NCBI GenBank assembly: GCA_934149075.1
Contig: CAKPDR010000001.1
Coordinates: 1,916-65,915 of the forward strand
DNA: 64,000 nt
Source of the DNA: an uncultured Clostridia bacterium
GTDB lineage: Bacteria; Bacillota; Clostridia; TANB77; CAG-508
Reading direction: 5' to 3'
Shown piece by piece: positions 50,218-59,884 of this stretch. Numbering within the stretch: the first letter of the stretch is position 1; every line of letters starts with the position of its first letter. The translations under genes and the position numbers were made by a program. The notes below the pieces were generated by a model. That model was not told where the DNA came from, ran no database searches, and saw only the letters and a program-made list of their open reading frames with translations.

Positions 50218-51195
50218 TTAATATCTTTTTAGTATTTCTTCTAAATTATTTTTTAATTCTTCTCGAATTGATGTTGGTTCTAAAACTTCCACATAATTCA
50301 AATATTGCATAATCCACATTTTTAGTCCTTTAGGACAAACATATAATTTCACTTTAAAATGATTATCATCTATTTTTTGAATTTCTATATTGGTTCCGAA
50401 TTTTTCTATTACAGCATCTAATATTAACATATCACATTTTAACTCTATTACTTCTCTCTCTCCACCAAACATATATACAGAACTTTGTACAAAATCTTTA
50501 ATTGATTGATTAGTTTTAACACTTGGTATTTCAGTTGATTTAATATTTTTAATTCTATCTAATCTAAAATATGATAATTCATTAAATTTTTCGTTATATG
50601 CTATTAAGTAATAAAATTCATTTTCGCAAAGAATAGCATAGGGACTTACTCTTTTTGTTTTTTCTAATTTTAATTTTTTATTTATATCATATTTATAATA
50701 TTCAAATTCAACTTTTGTTTTAGATTTTATACTATATGATAATACTTCTATATTATTTAATACATCTTTGTTTATTGTTTTTATATTTTTGCTGTATACT
50801 TCTATTTTTTCTGTTTTGTTAATGGTTTCTTGTTCATATATGCTTAATAAACCCTTTAATTTTTCTATTATTTCAACTGAAAATGCTTCTTCCATAAATT
50901 TTGAATAATGTAGTAAATCTATCATCATTTTTATTTCACTAAATTCAAAATCTTTTGTTCTTAAATAGTACCCCTGTCTATTTTCTTTAAATGTTTCTAT
51001 ATCTATATCTAATTTCTCTATTAGCACTCTTATGTTTCTTCTTACCGTTCTGTCTTCTATTTCTTCATCAAATTCTTCTTTTACATATTTTATAATATCT
51101 TTTACACTTAAAACATGATCTACATCTGAATACTTCTTTAGAACATCATAAATATAAATTATATTTCCTAAATTTGTATGTAGTTTATCTTTCAT
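50218..51195 (-). CDS. WYL-domain transcriptional regulator (BrxR/CapW-like)
   Basis: 325 aa with an N-terminal wHTH and the WYL core AYNEKFNELSYFRLDRIKNI. Confidence 0.65.
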   Translation of the reverse strand: MKDKLHTNLGNIIYIYDVLKKYSDVDHVLSVKDIIKYVKEEFDEEIEDRTVRRNIRVLIEKLDIDIETFKENRQGYYLRTKDFEFSEIKMMIDLLHYSKFMEEAFSVEIIEKLKGLLSIYEQETINKTEKIEVYSKNIKTINKDVLNNIEVLSYSIKSKTKVEFEYYKYDINKKLKLEKTKRVSPYAILCENEFYYLIAYNEKFNELSYFRLDRIKNIKSTEIPSVKTNQSIKDFVQSSVYMFGGEREVIELKCDMLILDAVIEKFGTNIEIQKIDDNHFKVKLYVCPKGLKMWIMQYLNYVEVLEPTSIREELKNNLEEILKRY

Positions 51196-51238
51196 ATATT
51201 ATTCCTCTTTTATTGTAATTACTATATATTATAATTTT

Positions 51239-52519
51239 CTATTCTTCAAATACAGAATCAATCTTTTTACAGTACTCTTTATCTATACTTTCTAATCTAT
51301 TTATTATCTTTTCTATTGATTGATTTATAAATTTCTCATTCGAAAAATTATATTTTTCTGTATATCTTACTTTTTCATCTTTTTCGTAATCATAAGCACT
51401 TATTCTATCTTCATTATCATTTATTCTATCTTTTGGCATTTTTCCTATATTAATTTCTTTCAATTTTTCTAATTCTTTATTATTAATATTCCCCTCAATA
51501 TGTAATGCTATGCTTAATTCTACATTCTCAAAACCTAATATATTATTTTTTAGGCTAACTTCATAATGTATACCATTAAATAATCCATTTTTATTTTCAT
51601 TTTTCCAAGTAATTCTACCGATTTGAATCAAAGTGTCATTATTTTTTTTATTGATTTCATATCGATTATCTTTATTAAATAAGTTTTCTATTTCTGTTAC
51701 TATTTTTTGAACTAAAATTTTATTATTATTACTATATTGTTCTTCTATAGATGCTATTTCTTTACTATAATTGATATAAGTTTTTATAGCTATATTACTC
51801 AAATCAAATTCTTCTTCTTTCATATAATTTTTCATCATTCTTTCTAACTCCTCTAAATATTTATATTTATACATTTCTTTTTCGTTATAATCATGTTCAT
51901 TTATTTTACATATTTGCATAAATAATTGACTGTATGTAAGTGGTATAAAATTTTCATCGCTAGGTTCTGACTTGTTATAATTTGGTTTTAAATAAATAAA
52001 AATCACATTAATTTTACCAGATGTTAATTCTTTTTCTGTTTCTTTCTTCTTTTTCATTATATACCTATAATAATTTCTTGTTTGTGTTCCGTTTTCCTTT
52101 GAATTTATTTTATTCTCTATTATAATCCAAGTATTTGAATATTTAATTAGCACATCTATTCTTTTATTATCATCAATGACTTTTTCTCTTTCTATACCAA
52201 TAAATTTTTGTTCATTCACTGTATCTTTAAATTCTTTTATGTCATTACTCCATCCTATTTTAATATCTTCATTTTGAACATTACTTTTAGATATGTCTAA
52301 TGAATTTATTAGAGAACAAATAGGCTTGTTTCCCATTCCATTTATTTCCGAATTAAATATAAATGCAAGCCAATCAGATATAAAATTTTCATCATAATGA
52401 CTTTTATTCAAAATGTCAAGAACTGTAATTTCGGAACCTTTTATATCTATTTTTTTCAAATTTTCTATTAGTTCTTCTATACTTTTCATTTTTAACCTTC
52501 TTTCTATTATTATGCACAT
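51239..52519 (-). CDS. PD-(D/E)xK nuclease-like protein (predicted)
   Basis: 426 aa with the core GIEREKVIDDNKRIDVLIKYSNTWIIIENK, which supplies the E, D and ExK residues. Confidence 0.45.
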   Translation of the reverse strand: MCIIIERRLKMKSIEELIENLKKIDIKGSEITVLDILNKSHYDENFISDWLAFIFNSEINGMGNKPICSLINSLDISKSNVQNEDIKIGWSNDIKEFKDTVNEQKFIGIEREKVIDDNKRIDVLIKYSNTWIIIENKINSKENGTQTRNYYRYIMKKKKETEKELTSGKINVIFIYLKPNYNKSEPSDENFIPLTYSQLFMQICKINEHDYNEKEMYKYKYLEELERMMKNYMKEEEFDLSNIAIKTYINYSKEIASIEEQYSNNNKILVQKIVTEIENLFNKDNRYEINKKNNDTLIQIGRITWKNENKNGLFNGIHYEVSLKNNILGFENVELSIALHIEGNINNKELEKLKEINIGKMPKDRINDNEDRISAYDYEKDEKVRYTEKYNFSNEKFINQSIEKIINRLESIDKEYCKKIDSVFEE

Positions 52520-52529
52520 ACTTTTTTGC

Positions 52530-54020
52530 TTATATATCTTTCAATTTTTCCCATATCTTAACCATCGCATAAGTATCTAATTTGCAATAAACTAAAAGTC
52601 CTTGCCTTATTTTTTCTTGTTCTTCTTTTGTTTTTTGGTCAAGTGATGCAAATACACTCATTGCCTCTCCACCATTATGTACTAACGGTAAATTATGATA
52701 ATCCAGTTCTGGATCATCTGGAAATAATGCTGGTAAAACATATTTAATTGAATAAGAACCTTGCATCTCTTTACAATAATACATTCTATCTACAAAAGGA
52801 ATCATTAAGTCTTTTATATTGTTATGTATTATTAATAAATCTTCTCTTAAATCTTCATATAATTCTGCTAGATTTTTTATTACCATTTTTTCAAATTGCA
52901 TATTATATGCTAATACACAAGCATTTTCTGGAATATCATTTACTAACTTTTCAGCTAGTTTTCTTCTTGGATCAATTCCTGCCTCTGCTAAAAATTCTTT
53001 ATGTTTGAGTTCTCCATTTTCATTTTCTATATAATGCAATGAATATTGAAAAGGTATTTGCATATATGGTCTTATTCCATCATATTTTGGAATTGGTTGT
53101 TGGAATGTTTCAAAATCCAAAAAGTATAATGGATAGTATAAATTTTTCATAAAAGCTCTAATTTTTTCTTTATCGATTACAGGCTCTTTATTTAATTCTT
53201 CAAATTCCACTTGTTGCTTAAACTTCCAATCTATATCTTGATTTAATAAATCTTTAAATGTATAAATACCTTTCTTATATAAATTAAGTTTTTGGTCTTT
53301 TCTCATCCTTCTAATTTTGAATACATTGTTTTCTGGTAGCTTTCTTGTACAATAATTCCAATACTCACAATTATATGGATTAAAACAATGTTTTCCAATA
53401 TCTTGTATTGGCTCGCTTTCTTGTTCCATATATTTATTAATTTCATTGATTTTATCTTTGATTTCTTCTTGTTTTGAAAATGCAATTTCTGTTACATCTT
53501 CTATATTAAACAACTTGTCTAATTCAAGTTCTCCATTTCTTACATATTGATTGTTAATGTACACTATACTTGCTTCTTTTACTTTATATCCTAAGTTAAG
53601 AAGTATATATACTTGATATGAAATATCATCTAAATAGATATCATTTATTGAAGTAGAACTTTTTACTTCATATATTTCTATTCCATCTACATCATTTTTT
53701 AAAATATCTATACTACAAAAATTATTGTTATAATCAAAAGATGCTTCTGTAATAATATTAGGCTTTTTTTCTATATATTGTTTTGTTTGTTCTATCATTT
53801 TATATAAATCACTTTGATATTCAATATTGATATATTCCCCAAATAGTTTTCTTGCAAGTTCACCTACTTCTGTTCCATTCTCTAAAACTGATTCACTTGC
53901 TGTTTCTTCTGCACATTCTGGTTTGTATTTATTTAACCATAATATTTTATTACATTGTTTTGCTTTGCAGTATTTAGATTTAGACAAATGTACATTCTCC
54001 ATATAATCCCTTTCTTTCAT
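52530..54020 (-). CDS. RecB/Cas4-like Fe-S nuclease with a DUF2779-type C-terminal domain (TM0106-family-like)
   Basis: 496 aa with an N-terminal Cys, then DILK...EIYEVKSST (the D..ExK motif), and the cluster HCFNPYNCEYWNYC (Cx5Cx4C). Confidence 0.55.
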   Translation of the reverse strand: MKERDYMENVHLSKSKYCKAKQCNKILWLNKYKPECAEETASESVLENGTEVGELARKLFGEYINIEYQSDLYKMIEQTKQYIEKKPNIITEASFDYNNNFCSIDILKNDVDGIEIYEVKSSTSINDIYLDDISYQVYILLNLGYKVKEASIVYINNQYVRNGELELDKLFNIEDVTEIAFSKQEEIKDKINEINKYMEQESEPIQDIGKHCFNPYNCEYWNYCTRKLPENNVFKIRRMRKDQKLNLYKKGIYTFKDLLNQDIDWKFKQQVEFEELNKEPVIDKEKIRAFMKNLYYPLYFLDFETFQQPIPKYDGIRPYMQIPFQYSLHYIENENGELKHKEFLAEAGIDPRRKLAEKLVNDIPENACVLAYNMQFEKMVIKNLAELYEDLREDLLIIHNNIKDLMIPFVDRMYYCKEMQGSYSIKYVLPALFPDDPELDYHNLPLVHNGGEAMSVFASLDQKTKEEQEKIRQGLLVYCKLDTYAMVKIWEKLKDI

Positions 54021-54253
54021 TTTATTTCTTTTATTTTATCAAACTTTATATATTCCGTCCACTATTTTGGTCATAAAATGTATCTATACTTTTAAAACCA
54101 CATTTATTTTTCCTTTTGCATATTATTACATGTTCTCTATAATTATATTTTATTATTTTGGAATGTATTTATTTGAAAAAGATTTATTTATATTTTCAAA
54201 TTTTAGATATTCATCTACAAATTACTATCTTGTATTTCGATTATATCATATTT

Positions 54254-54697
54254 TCAAATATTGAGTATACTTTTAGCTATTAAATTATTCAAAGTAGCAA
54301 TTATTCCTATTTCAAAATAAATATCATTTATATAAGCTCTTACTGTCGACTTTGAAACATATAATTCATCTGCAATAATATCTTCAGTAATATTACCAAA
54401 AAACTTATATTCAACTATTTTTAGTTTAGTTTTATCGCATTTTCTAAAATCTTGAAGCACATTATCTATTAACTCTTTCCATTTTTTATATTCATTTATT
54501 TTGCAATCTATGTTGATATTTTTTATACCTTGTGATTCTACTGCTCTACTAATTTTGTTTTTACTTCTTATTGAGGAATTAATATCTCTTCCGATTATTG
54601 TCTCTTTTTCAAGCTCTAACTCATTTATTAATCTATCATATATAGGGTATTCATATAATTTTTTTCTAATAATCTTTTTTACCTTTTTAGTAATCAC
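54254..54697 (-). CDS. ArpU/RinA-like sigma-related transcriptional regulator
   Basis: 147 aa with a C-terminal HTH, ELYVSKSTVRAYINDIY. Confidence 0.45.
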   Translation of the reverse strand: MITKKVKKIIRKKLYEYPIYDRLINELELEKETIIGRDINSSIRSKNKISRAVESQGIKNINIDCKINEYKKWKELIDNVLQDFRKCDKTKLKIVEYKFFGNITEDIIADELYVSKSTVRAYINDIYFEIGIIATLNNLIAKSILNI

Positions 54698-54740
54698 TTT
54701 GTACCTCCTAAAATAAAAAAATCACAACTCTTTAGTTGTG

Positions 54741-55520
54741 TTACATATCTAAATCCATTTCATCTTCTTCAGTATTTACTGAAGTAAAATTATTATTTTC
54801 ATATAAACTATCTAAAAATTCTTTAGGATATTCTCTTTGTTCATAATTATTAAAGCTTTTATTTTTAGTAATTTTTTTATCTTTTCTTGCTTCTAATTCT
54901 TCAACCCTTATAATTACCCATCTTTTTATTGTTGCATAATCGCTCTCATACTCTACTCCCTTTGATTTCTTATATAAAGATAATTCTTCAATACATTTTT
55001 TTGTTTTGTTTTCTCCGTATTCTTCTAGTAATTTTTTATATTCATAATCATAAAGAAATACATTTTCATTAAATTTTTCTTTGCTGACTGTGTGTGTATT
55101 TATATTATTATCTATTATATTATTATCTTTGACTTTTTCATCAATACCCTCTTGATTTTTTAGTATATAGGGGTATTGATTATTTAGTCTATAGGGTACA
55201 TCATTTGGAAATATTCTCCTACAAATTATCTCTTTTTTCTCGTTTCTCATTATATCTACAAAAACATAATTGTTCCTCCTTAAATCAGTTATCCATCTTG
55301 AAACTGTTACAGGATCTACTCCTAACTTTTCTCCTAAATATTTATTAGAAGCATAACAATAGCCTTCTTTATTTGATAAAGCTGTTATAAGAGCATAAAG
55401 CAATTTTTCATTAGGTTTTAATCGTTCATTAAATAGAACAGTAGCAGGTATTACTGCATAATATCCTATTCTTTGTATCTCTTCATCTCTCACAATGGCT
55501 ATCACTTTCCTTTCCTGCAA
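54741..55520 (-). CDS. Rep-like replication initiator with an HTH_36-type N-terminal domain
   Basis: 259 aa, LYALITALSNKEGYCYASNKYLGEKLGVDPVTVSRWITDL. Confidence 0.5.
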   Translation of the reverse strand: MQERKVIAIVRDEEIQRIGYYAVIPATVLFNERLKPNEKLLYALITALSNKEGYCYASNKYLGEKLGVDPVTVSRWITDLRRNNYVFVDIMRNEKKEIICRRIFPNDVPYRLNNQYPYILKNQEGIDEKVKDNNIIDNNINTHTVSKEKFNENVFLYDYEYKKLLEEYGENKTKKCIEELSLYKKSKGVEYESDYATIKRWVIIRVEELEARKDKKITKNKSFNNYEQREYPKEFLDSLYENNNFTSVNTEEDEMDLDM

Positions 55521-55610
55521 TTATACAAGCATATAATATCAAACTTATATTTGCTCCTACTATTAGTCCTATAATTAATCCTATCCAAAACATTTTTATT
55601 ACCTCCATAT

Positions 55611-56027
55611 TTAAACCAAATTTCTTATTTTCGCATTTTTATATACGAACTCAATTAACTTGTCCTTTATTATTTTTTGTTTCTTAAAATCGAATTTAAG
55701 AGTTCTCTCAATCTCATCTTTAGATTTCTTTTGAAAATATTTTTGAGTTATAAAATCATAATATTTCGGATATTTTTGCAACAAAAAAACAAGTACCTTT
55801 TTTATAAGTACTTGCCATCTCTTAAATTCTAGTATTTTTTTATTTTCTATTATCTTAATAACTTGATTTTCTAAAGTATTATTACATACTGTTATTCCTT
55901 TTCTCCATGCACTTCCACTTACATTAACACTATTTATCAAGCCATCTTTTATCTCATCAATTAGTTTATCTATATTACTATAGTTATATAAATAATACTC
56001 TATCTTTTTGTAATCAGTTTTATTCAT
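55611..56027 (-). CDS. ArpU-like small transcriptional regulator
   Basis: 138 aa. Its size and C-terminal HTH are similar to the protein at 54254..54697. Confidence 0.4.
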   Translation of the reverse strand: MNKTDYKKIEYYLYNYSNIDKLIDEIKDGLINSVNVSGSAWRKGITVCNNTLENQVIKIIENKKILEFKRWQVLIKKVLVFLLQKYPKYYDFITQKYFQKKSKDEIERTLKFDFKKQKIIKDKLIEFVYKNAKIRNLV

Positions 56028-56472
56028 ACTGCCCTATTCCTCCTTCTAGTAACTTTTCTAGTTCAAGAAATAGGTAATCTTCATCTATCTCATACATATT
56101 ATTTTTAATAAAATTCATTATTGTATCTTTTATATAATTGTCATTATATAGCTCAAAGTCATTTATATAGTCTCCTAATTGTTTCTTATTATATGCTAAT
56201 ATAGAATTGCATATAATATCAACTTTATCTTCAGCATTATAAATTGCAATTTCTATTTCTTCTAGTATTTGTTCAAATAACTCTAACATATTATTTAATT
56301 CTTCTATTTGTGTTATTCCATCTTGTGACATCCTAAGCCATTCCATAAAGTAATAATTCTCAATATACTCATCATATTCTTCATATATATTTTCTAATTT
56401 ATATGATATTCTTTTTAATCTTGTAATTTTGTTTATTTCATTAATTAATTTATCAATTTTCCCTTTATACAT
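56020..56472 (-). CDS. hypothetical protein (150 aa)
   Basis: Acidic ORF. Confidence 0.4.
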   Translation of the reverse strand: MYKGKIDKLINEINKITRLKRISYKLENIYEEYDEYIENYYFMEWLRMSQDGITQIEELNNMLELFEQILEEIEIAIYNAEDKVDIICNSILAYNKKQLGDYINDFELYNDNYIKDTIMNFIKNNMYEIDEDYLFLELEKLLEGGIGQYE

Positions 56473-56547
56473 ATAAAACCTCCAAAAAAAATAATCCCAA
56501 ATACCTTGAGATTACTTAGTATATTTCACTTCACTTTAATATTATTT

Positions 56548-56571
56548 CTTTCCCTTTATTTTCCCTTTATG
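56548..56571. repeat. arm-type direct repeat (2x TTCCCTTTAT), right copy
   Basis: Identical over 24 nt to 9374-9397. Confidence 0.55.
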
Positions 56572-56672
56572 AAACAAATTTTAATGATTTTTAACGGTTT
56601 TTAATGTACTTAAATGGATTACTTCAAAATTTATAAAAGTCCCTATTTTTCAACGAAAATGGGACTTTTCAA

Positions 56673-56720
56673 TGGTTGCGGGGGTAAGACTCGAACTTAC
56701 GACCTTCGGGTTATGAGCCC
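56673..56720 (-). pseudogene. 3' half of a tRNA-Met gene, from the anticodon loop through the CCA; the 5' half is missing (attR candidate)
   Basis: The reverse complement reads gggctcataacccgaaggtcgtaagttcgagtcttacccccgcaacca, with a CAT anticodon loop, an intact T-arm (gtaag-ttcgagt-cttac) and the acceptor 3' end plus CCA. Upstream at 56721-56760 there is no D-arm or 5' acceptor. Confidence 0.7.
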
Positions 56721-56804
56721 TACCAAACAACTCAATAATACTGAATATAATTAAAATAAAAAAATATTCAATTCATATTGTTATCTAACTCACATATAAA
56801 ATTA

Positions 56805-57227
56805 TCATGATTCATTCCTATCCTTAAACTTTTTATATCCCCAATATCCGCCTCCGCCAAGTAATCCAAACGTTATAATATTGGAAAATATATTTGAATC
56901 ATCCTTATTTTCTGTTGTTATATTATTAGTAGCATTATTATTATCTGTTGATGCAGTTATTACATCACTATTTTCTGCCTTGGGCACATCCTTTACATTT
57001 ATCGTCATTGTACTTGTTTTACCATTAGAGGAAGAAACAGTTATATCCACTGTTCCATACTTTTTAGCAACAATTTCTCCTATTTCATTAACAGTTGCAA
57101 TACTTTCATCACTTGATTTCCATGTAACACTTTTGTCAGTTGCATCATCTGGTGTAATTGTAGCAGTTAATTGTTTTGTTTCCCCTTCTCCCATATCCGT
57201 TATATTTTCATTTATTCTAATATCCAT
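56805..57227 (-). CDS. Big_2 (bacterial Ig-like) surface protein with a C-terminal membrane anchor. The signal-peptide exon is out of frame upstream, up to 57525
   Basis: The track ORF is 140 aa. In-frame sequence without a Met continues upstream to a TAA. A frame-shifted ATG at 57525 encodes [12 protein letters not shown]..., and the frames switch at the A8 tract at 57487-57494. Confidence 0.6.
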   Translation of the reverse strand: MDIRINENITDMGEGETKQLTATITPDDATDKSVTWKSSDESIATVNEIGEIVAKKYGTVDITVSSSNGKTSTMTINVKDVPKAENSDVITASTDNNNATNNITTENKDDSNIFSNIITFGLLGGGGYWGYKKFKDRNES

Positions 57228-57661
57228 TACTTCTACTGTTGCTGGTACTGTAGCTGTTGTTGTAACATTAGATGATGAAGATGAATCATTGCTCTCACTT
57301 GATGATGAACTCGATGAATATGGACAAACTCCGTTGGTATGTAAATGTGCTGTATTTCCACCACAATGATAATGATAACTTCCTAGTCCACTCTTATTTT
57401 CATTATCTCTATGCCCACCATTTGAATCTGTTTTTCCTGAATGTGCATAAGCATTGACTCCTATTGAAATTATAGTTAAAATAACTAAAAAAAATTGATA
57501 TTAATTTCTTCTTGATTTTTCTCATATATATCCCACTGAACTATAATATCAACTTTTTATTACAAAGTTTGTCGAATTTTGTAATAAAATTATAAATTTA
57601 GACAAATTTTGTAATATAGACTCCTAAAATTTAATTTTCTATTTTATAGCATCTTCTCAAA

Positions 57662-58102
57662 TTATTTTTTCCTTGCAATAACATCAAATATATGCCAATG
57701 CTTCATTTTGCCTAATGCGGTGGCAGAATCTTTTTCAATGCAATTATTTATTTTGTTCCAGAACTCTTTAAATTTATCTTTCTTGCAAAAAGGTAAACAA
57801 TAATTAGCTATAAGTAAATTAGCTTTTTCTAATTTAATATTCTCAAAATTTTGCTTTTGAAATCTAAATTTTTTAATTTCTTCATCATTTAATCTCCTAG
57901 AAATTCTTCCTTCTACATCTTCTCTATCAATTGCAAGCACATTCCAATTATTCTTTATTAAATACACTGTTGAATCTCCTGCACCACACCCTAATTCAAT
58001 TGCTTTACCATGATTACATTGTATATTTTCGATAAAATACTTAACATTTTTTCTAGGTATATCTATTTCGGTTTTGTCATAATATTTTTCTATATCTCTC
58101 AT
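57662..58102 (-). CDS. TehB-like SAM methyltransferase paralog with an internal deletion of about 48 aa
   Basis: 146 aa that aligns to the 8278..8856 product over residues 1-122 and the C-terminal 24 aa (IELGCGAGDSTVYLIKNNWNVLAIDRE). It lacks the segment GYFVGNFF...EVEKDG. Confidence 0.6.
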   Translation of the reverse strand: MRDIEKYYDKTEIDIPRKNVKYFIENIQCNHGKAIELGCGAGDSTVYLIKNNWNVLAIDREDVEGRISRRLNDEEIKKFRFQKQNFENIKLEKANLLIANYCLPFCKKDKFKEFWNKINNCIEKDSATALGKMKHWHIFDVIARKK

Positions 58103-58236
58103 TAAATTCTCCTTTTATCTATTTGATTTTTTTATTTAAATAGGAATAGATAGGAAATAATCTCCTATCTATCCAAAATCTTATTTGTAAATTTTATTAC
58201 ATTATCAATATATTCAACATTTTTGATAAAAAAATA

Positions 58237-58578
58237 TTATAAATCTTCTTCAGTTCTTTTGGTCATAATAGTATGTGGATTTCTCGTGCTTACTTGTTTA
58301 GGTTCTACATTATCGATATCAATACTTTTAATTTTATAATGTCTTTTTAAAATTTTAATGATATCTTCAATAATGTCTCCTTTAGCATTCTCAATCATCA
58401 CAAAACTTCTTTCAAAGTCAATTTTTAATCTGCAAGATACTTCATCTATTTCTTTTATTAAAGAAATCACTGAATTATCGTTTTGCTTTTCAACATAAAA
58501 TGTTATTTTTTTCATTTTTTCCCTCCATTTACTTAATTGTAAACATAGTTTATGTTGCAAAATTGATAGTAATATCAC
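58237..58578 (-). CDS. hypothetical protein. The likely start is MKKITFYV at 58512
   Basis: ORF. Confidence 0.35.
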   Translation of the reverse strand: MILLSILQHKLCLQLSKWREKMKKITFYVEKQNDNSVISLIKEIDEVSCRLKIDFERSFVMIENAKGDIIEDIIKILKRHYKIKSIDIDNVEPKQVSTRNPHTIMTKRTEEDL

Positions 58579-58695
58579 TTACTTTTATTGATTTTGTTAA
58601 TATCATGAAATTATCAAATTCATGATTTCACAAATTAATATATATGATATTATCATAATTTATAAGCAAAATCAACATTAAGATATGACCTATTA

Positions 58696-59193
58696 TTATT
58701 TCAAGTCACAATTTATTTTATGTATAGGAAATTTGCCTTGCTTCAAAACTTCTTTTACAGCTTCTGGTAATAATGGATATTGATCTATCTTGCTTAATTC
58801 AATCCATTCATATTGCAAGTAATCTTTTCCCTCAATGTTCTTCATTGTATATTCAATCTTTTTATCTTCCTCATCTGTAAACTCGATTCTATGAACAAAC
58901 ATTATCTCATGATATTTTGAGCCTTTCATTTCAAAAAAGTTTTCAATTGTTGATACATATCCTGTTATTTGAACGTCTTTTCCTAATTCTTCTTTAATTT
59001 CTCTTCTTACAGTATCTGCTGAATTTTCTCCTATTTCTACTCTTCCTCCAATTAAAGCATAATGATTTGAATTCATATTTTTGTGTACTAAAACTTTTCC
59101 ATTATGAATCATTACTCCTGCCGCTCTTACATTTAATTTGTATTCTCCTACATCAATTGTTATATCCATCAAAATTTCTCCTTTCTTTTCCAC
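58696..59193 (-). CDS. NUDIX hydrolase
   Basis: Nudix box GGRVEIGENSADTVRREIKEELG. Confidence 0.8.
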   Translation of the reverse strand: MEKKGEILMDITIDVGEYKLNVRAAGVMIHNGKVLVHKNMNSNHYALIGGRVEIGENSADTVRREIKEELGKDVQITGYVSTIENFFEMKGSKYHEIMFVHRIEFTDEEDKKIEYTMKNIEGKDYLQYEWIELSKIDQYPLLPEAVKEVLKQGKFPIHKINCDLK

Positions 59194-59342
59194 AATTATA
59201 ACACTTTATGTGGATTATTCAAATGTTTTCTCTTATTTTTCTACATTTTATATAGCTTAATCAGAAAGATAATTAAAAAAATTCCGTAAAATGTATTGAC
59301 AACTATTATATATAAGATGTATAATTGTATTTGTCAATACAT

Positions 59343-59418
59343 CGCGGGGTGGAGCAGTTGGCAGCTCGTTGGGCTCATAACCCAAAGGTCGGAGGTTCGA
59401 GTCCTCCCCCCGCAACCA
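59343..59418 (+). tRNA. initiator tRNA-fMet (CAT)
   Basis: 76-nt cloverleaf with a C1:A72 mismatch and three G-C pairs in the anticodon stem (ttggg-ctcataa-cccaa). The T-arm is ggagg-ttcgagt-cctcc and the CCA is encoded. Confidence 0.9.
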
Positions 59419-59563
59419 AATATTATTAGGGTGCCTGCATTAAGCAAGCATCTTTTTTTATCTCTTTTTTAATTCAATATAATTTTATAACTATATTATT
59501 GACTTATGTGAAAAATTCGATAAAATGATAAAGAAATAATTATGATAATATGGGAGAAAATAA

Positions 59564-59866
59564 ATGTATTATACATATATGATAAGATGTAAAGATAATT
59601 CTATATATACAGGTATGACAAACAACTTAGAAAGAAGAGTTAATCAACATTTATTAAATAAAGGTGCTAAATATACAAAATCACACAGTGCAATTAAGCT
59701 TGAAGCTGCTTGGAAAAGTAAAGATAAATCATTAGCTTGTAAATTAGAATATCAAATTAAAAATTTAACTAAAAAACAAAAAGAAAATTTAATACTTGGA
59801 GAAAAGTTATCTACATATTTGTCCGGAAAAGTGGATTGTAGAAGATATAAATCAATATTAAAATAA
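59564..59866 (+). CDS. GIY-YIG nuclease-family small protein (UPF0213-like)
   Basis: MYYTYMIRCKDNSIYTGMTNNLERRVNQH. Confidence 0.7.
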   Translation: MYYTYMIRCKDNSIYTGMTNNLERRVNQHLLNKGAKYTKSHSAIKLEAAWKSKDKSLACKLEYQIKNLTKKQKENLILGEKLSTYLSGKVDCRRYKSILK

Positions 59867-59884
59867 TCTTATGCCTCATAATAA

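Larger units (their letters stand above)
9283..56727. mobile_element. integrative conjugative element (ICE), about 47.4 kb
   Basis: It carries an integrase and Xis at the left end, a full conjugative apparatus (VirB4, VirD4, VirB6-like, M23 hydrolase, relaxase, MobC), a Rep-like gene and regulators at the right end, and accessory defence and anti-defence genes. Imperfect direct repeats flank it at 9287-9311 and 56693-56717. Confidence 0.7.

Noticed and set aside
56673-56720. Calling the minus-strand tRNA-like sequence a functional tRNA gene
   Set aside because: Only the anticodon loop, T-arm and acceptor 3' end are present. The upstream 40 nt cannot form a D-arm or 5' acceptor strand, so it is a remnant or att site rather than a gene.
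59343-59418. The tRNA-fMet as the integration site of the ICE
   Set aside because: It is 2.6 kb outside the right repeat and on the opposite strand from the tRNA-like att remnant. Its 3' flank carries a GIY-YIG gene and a group II intron, not the element.
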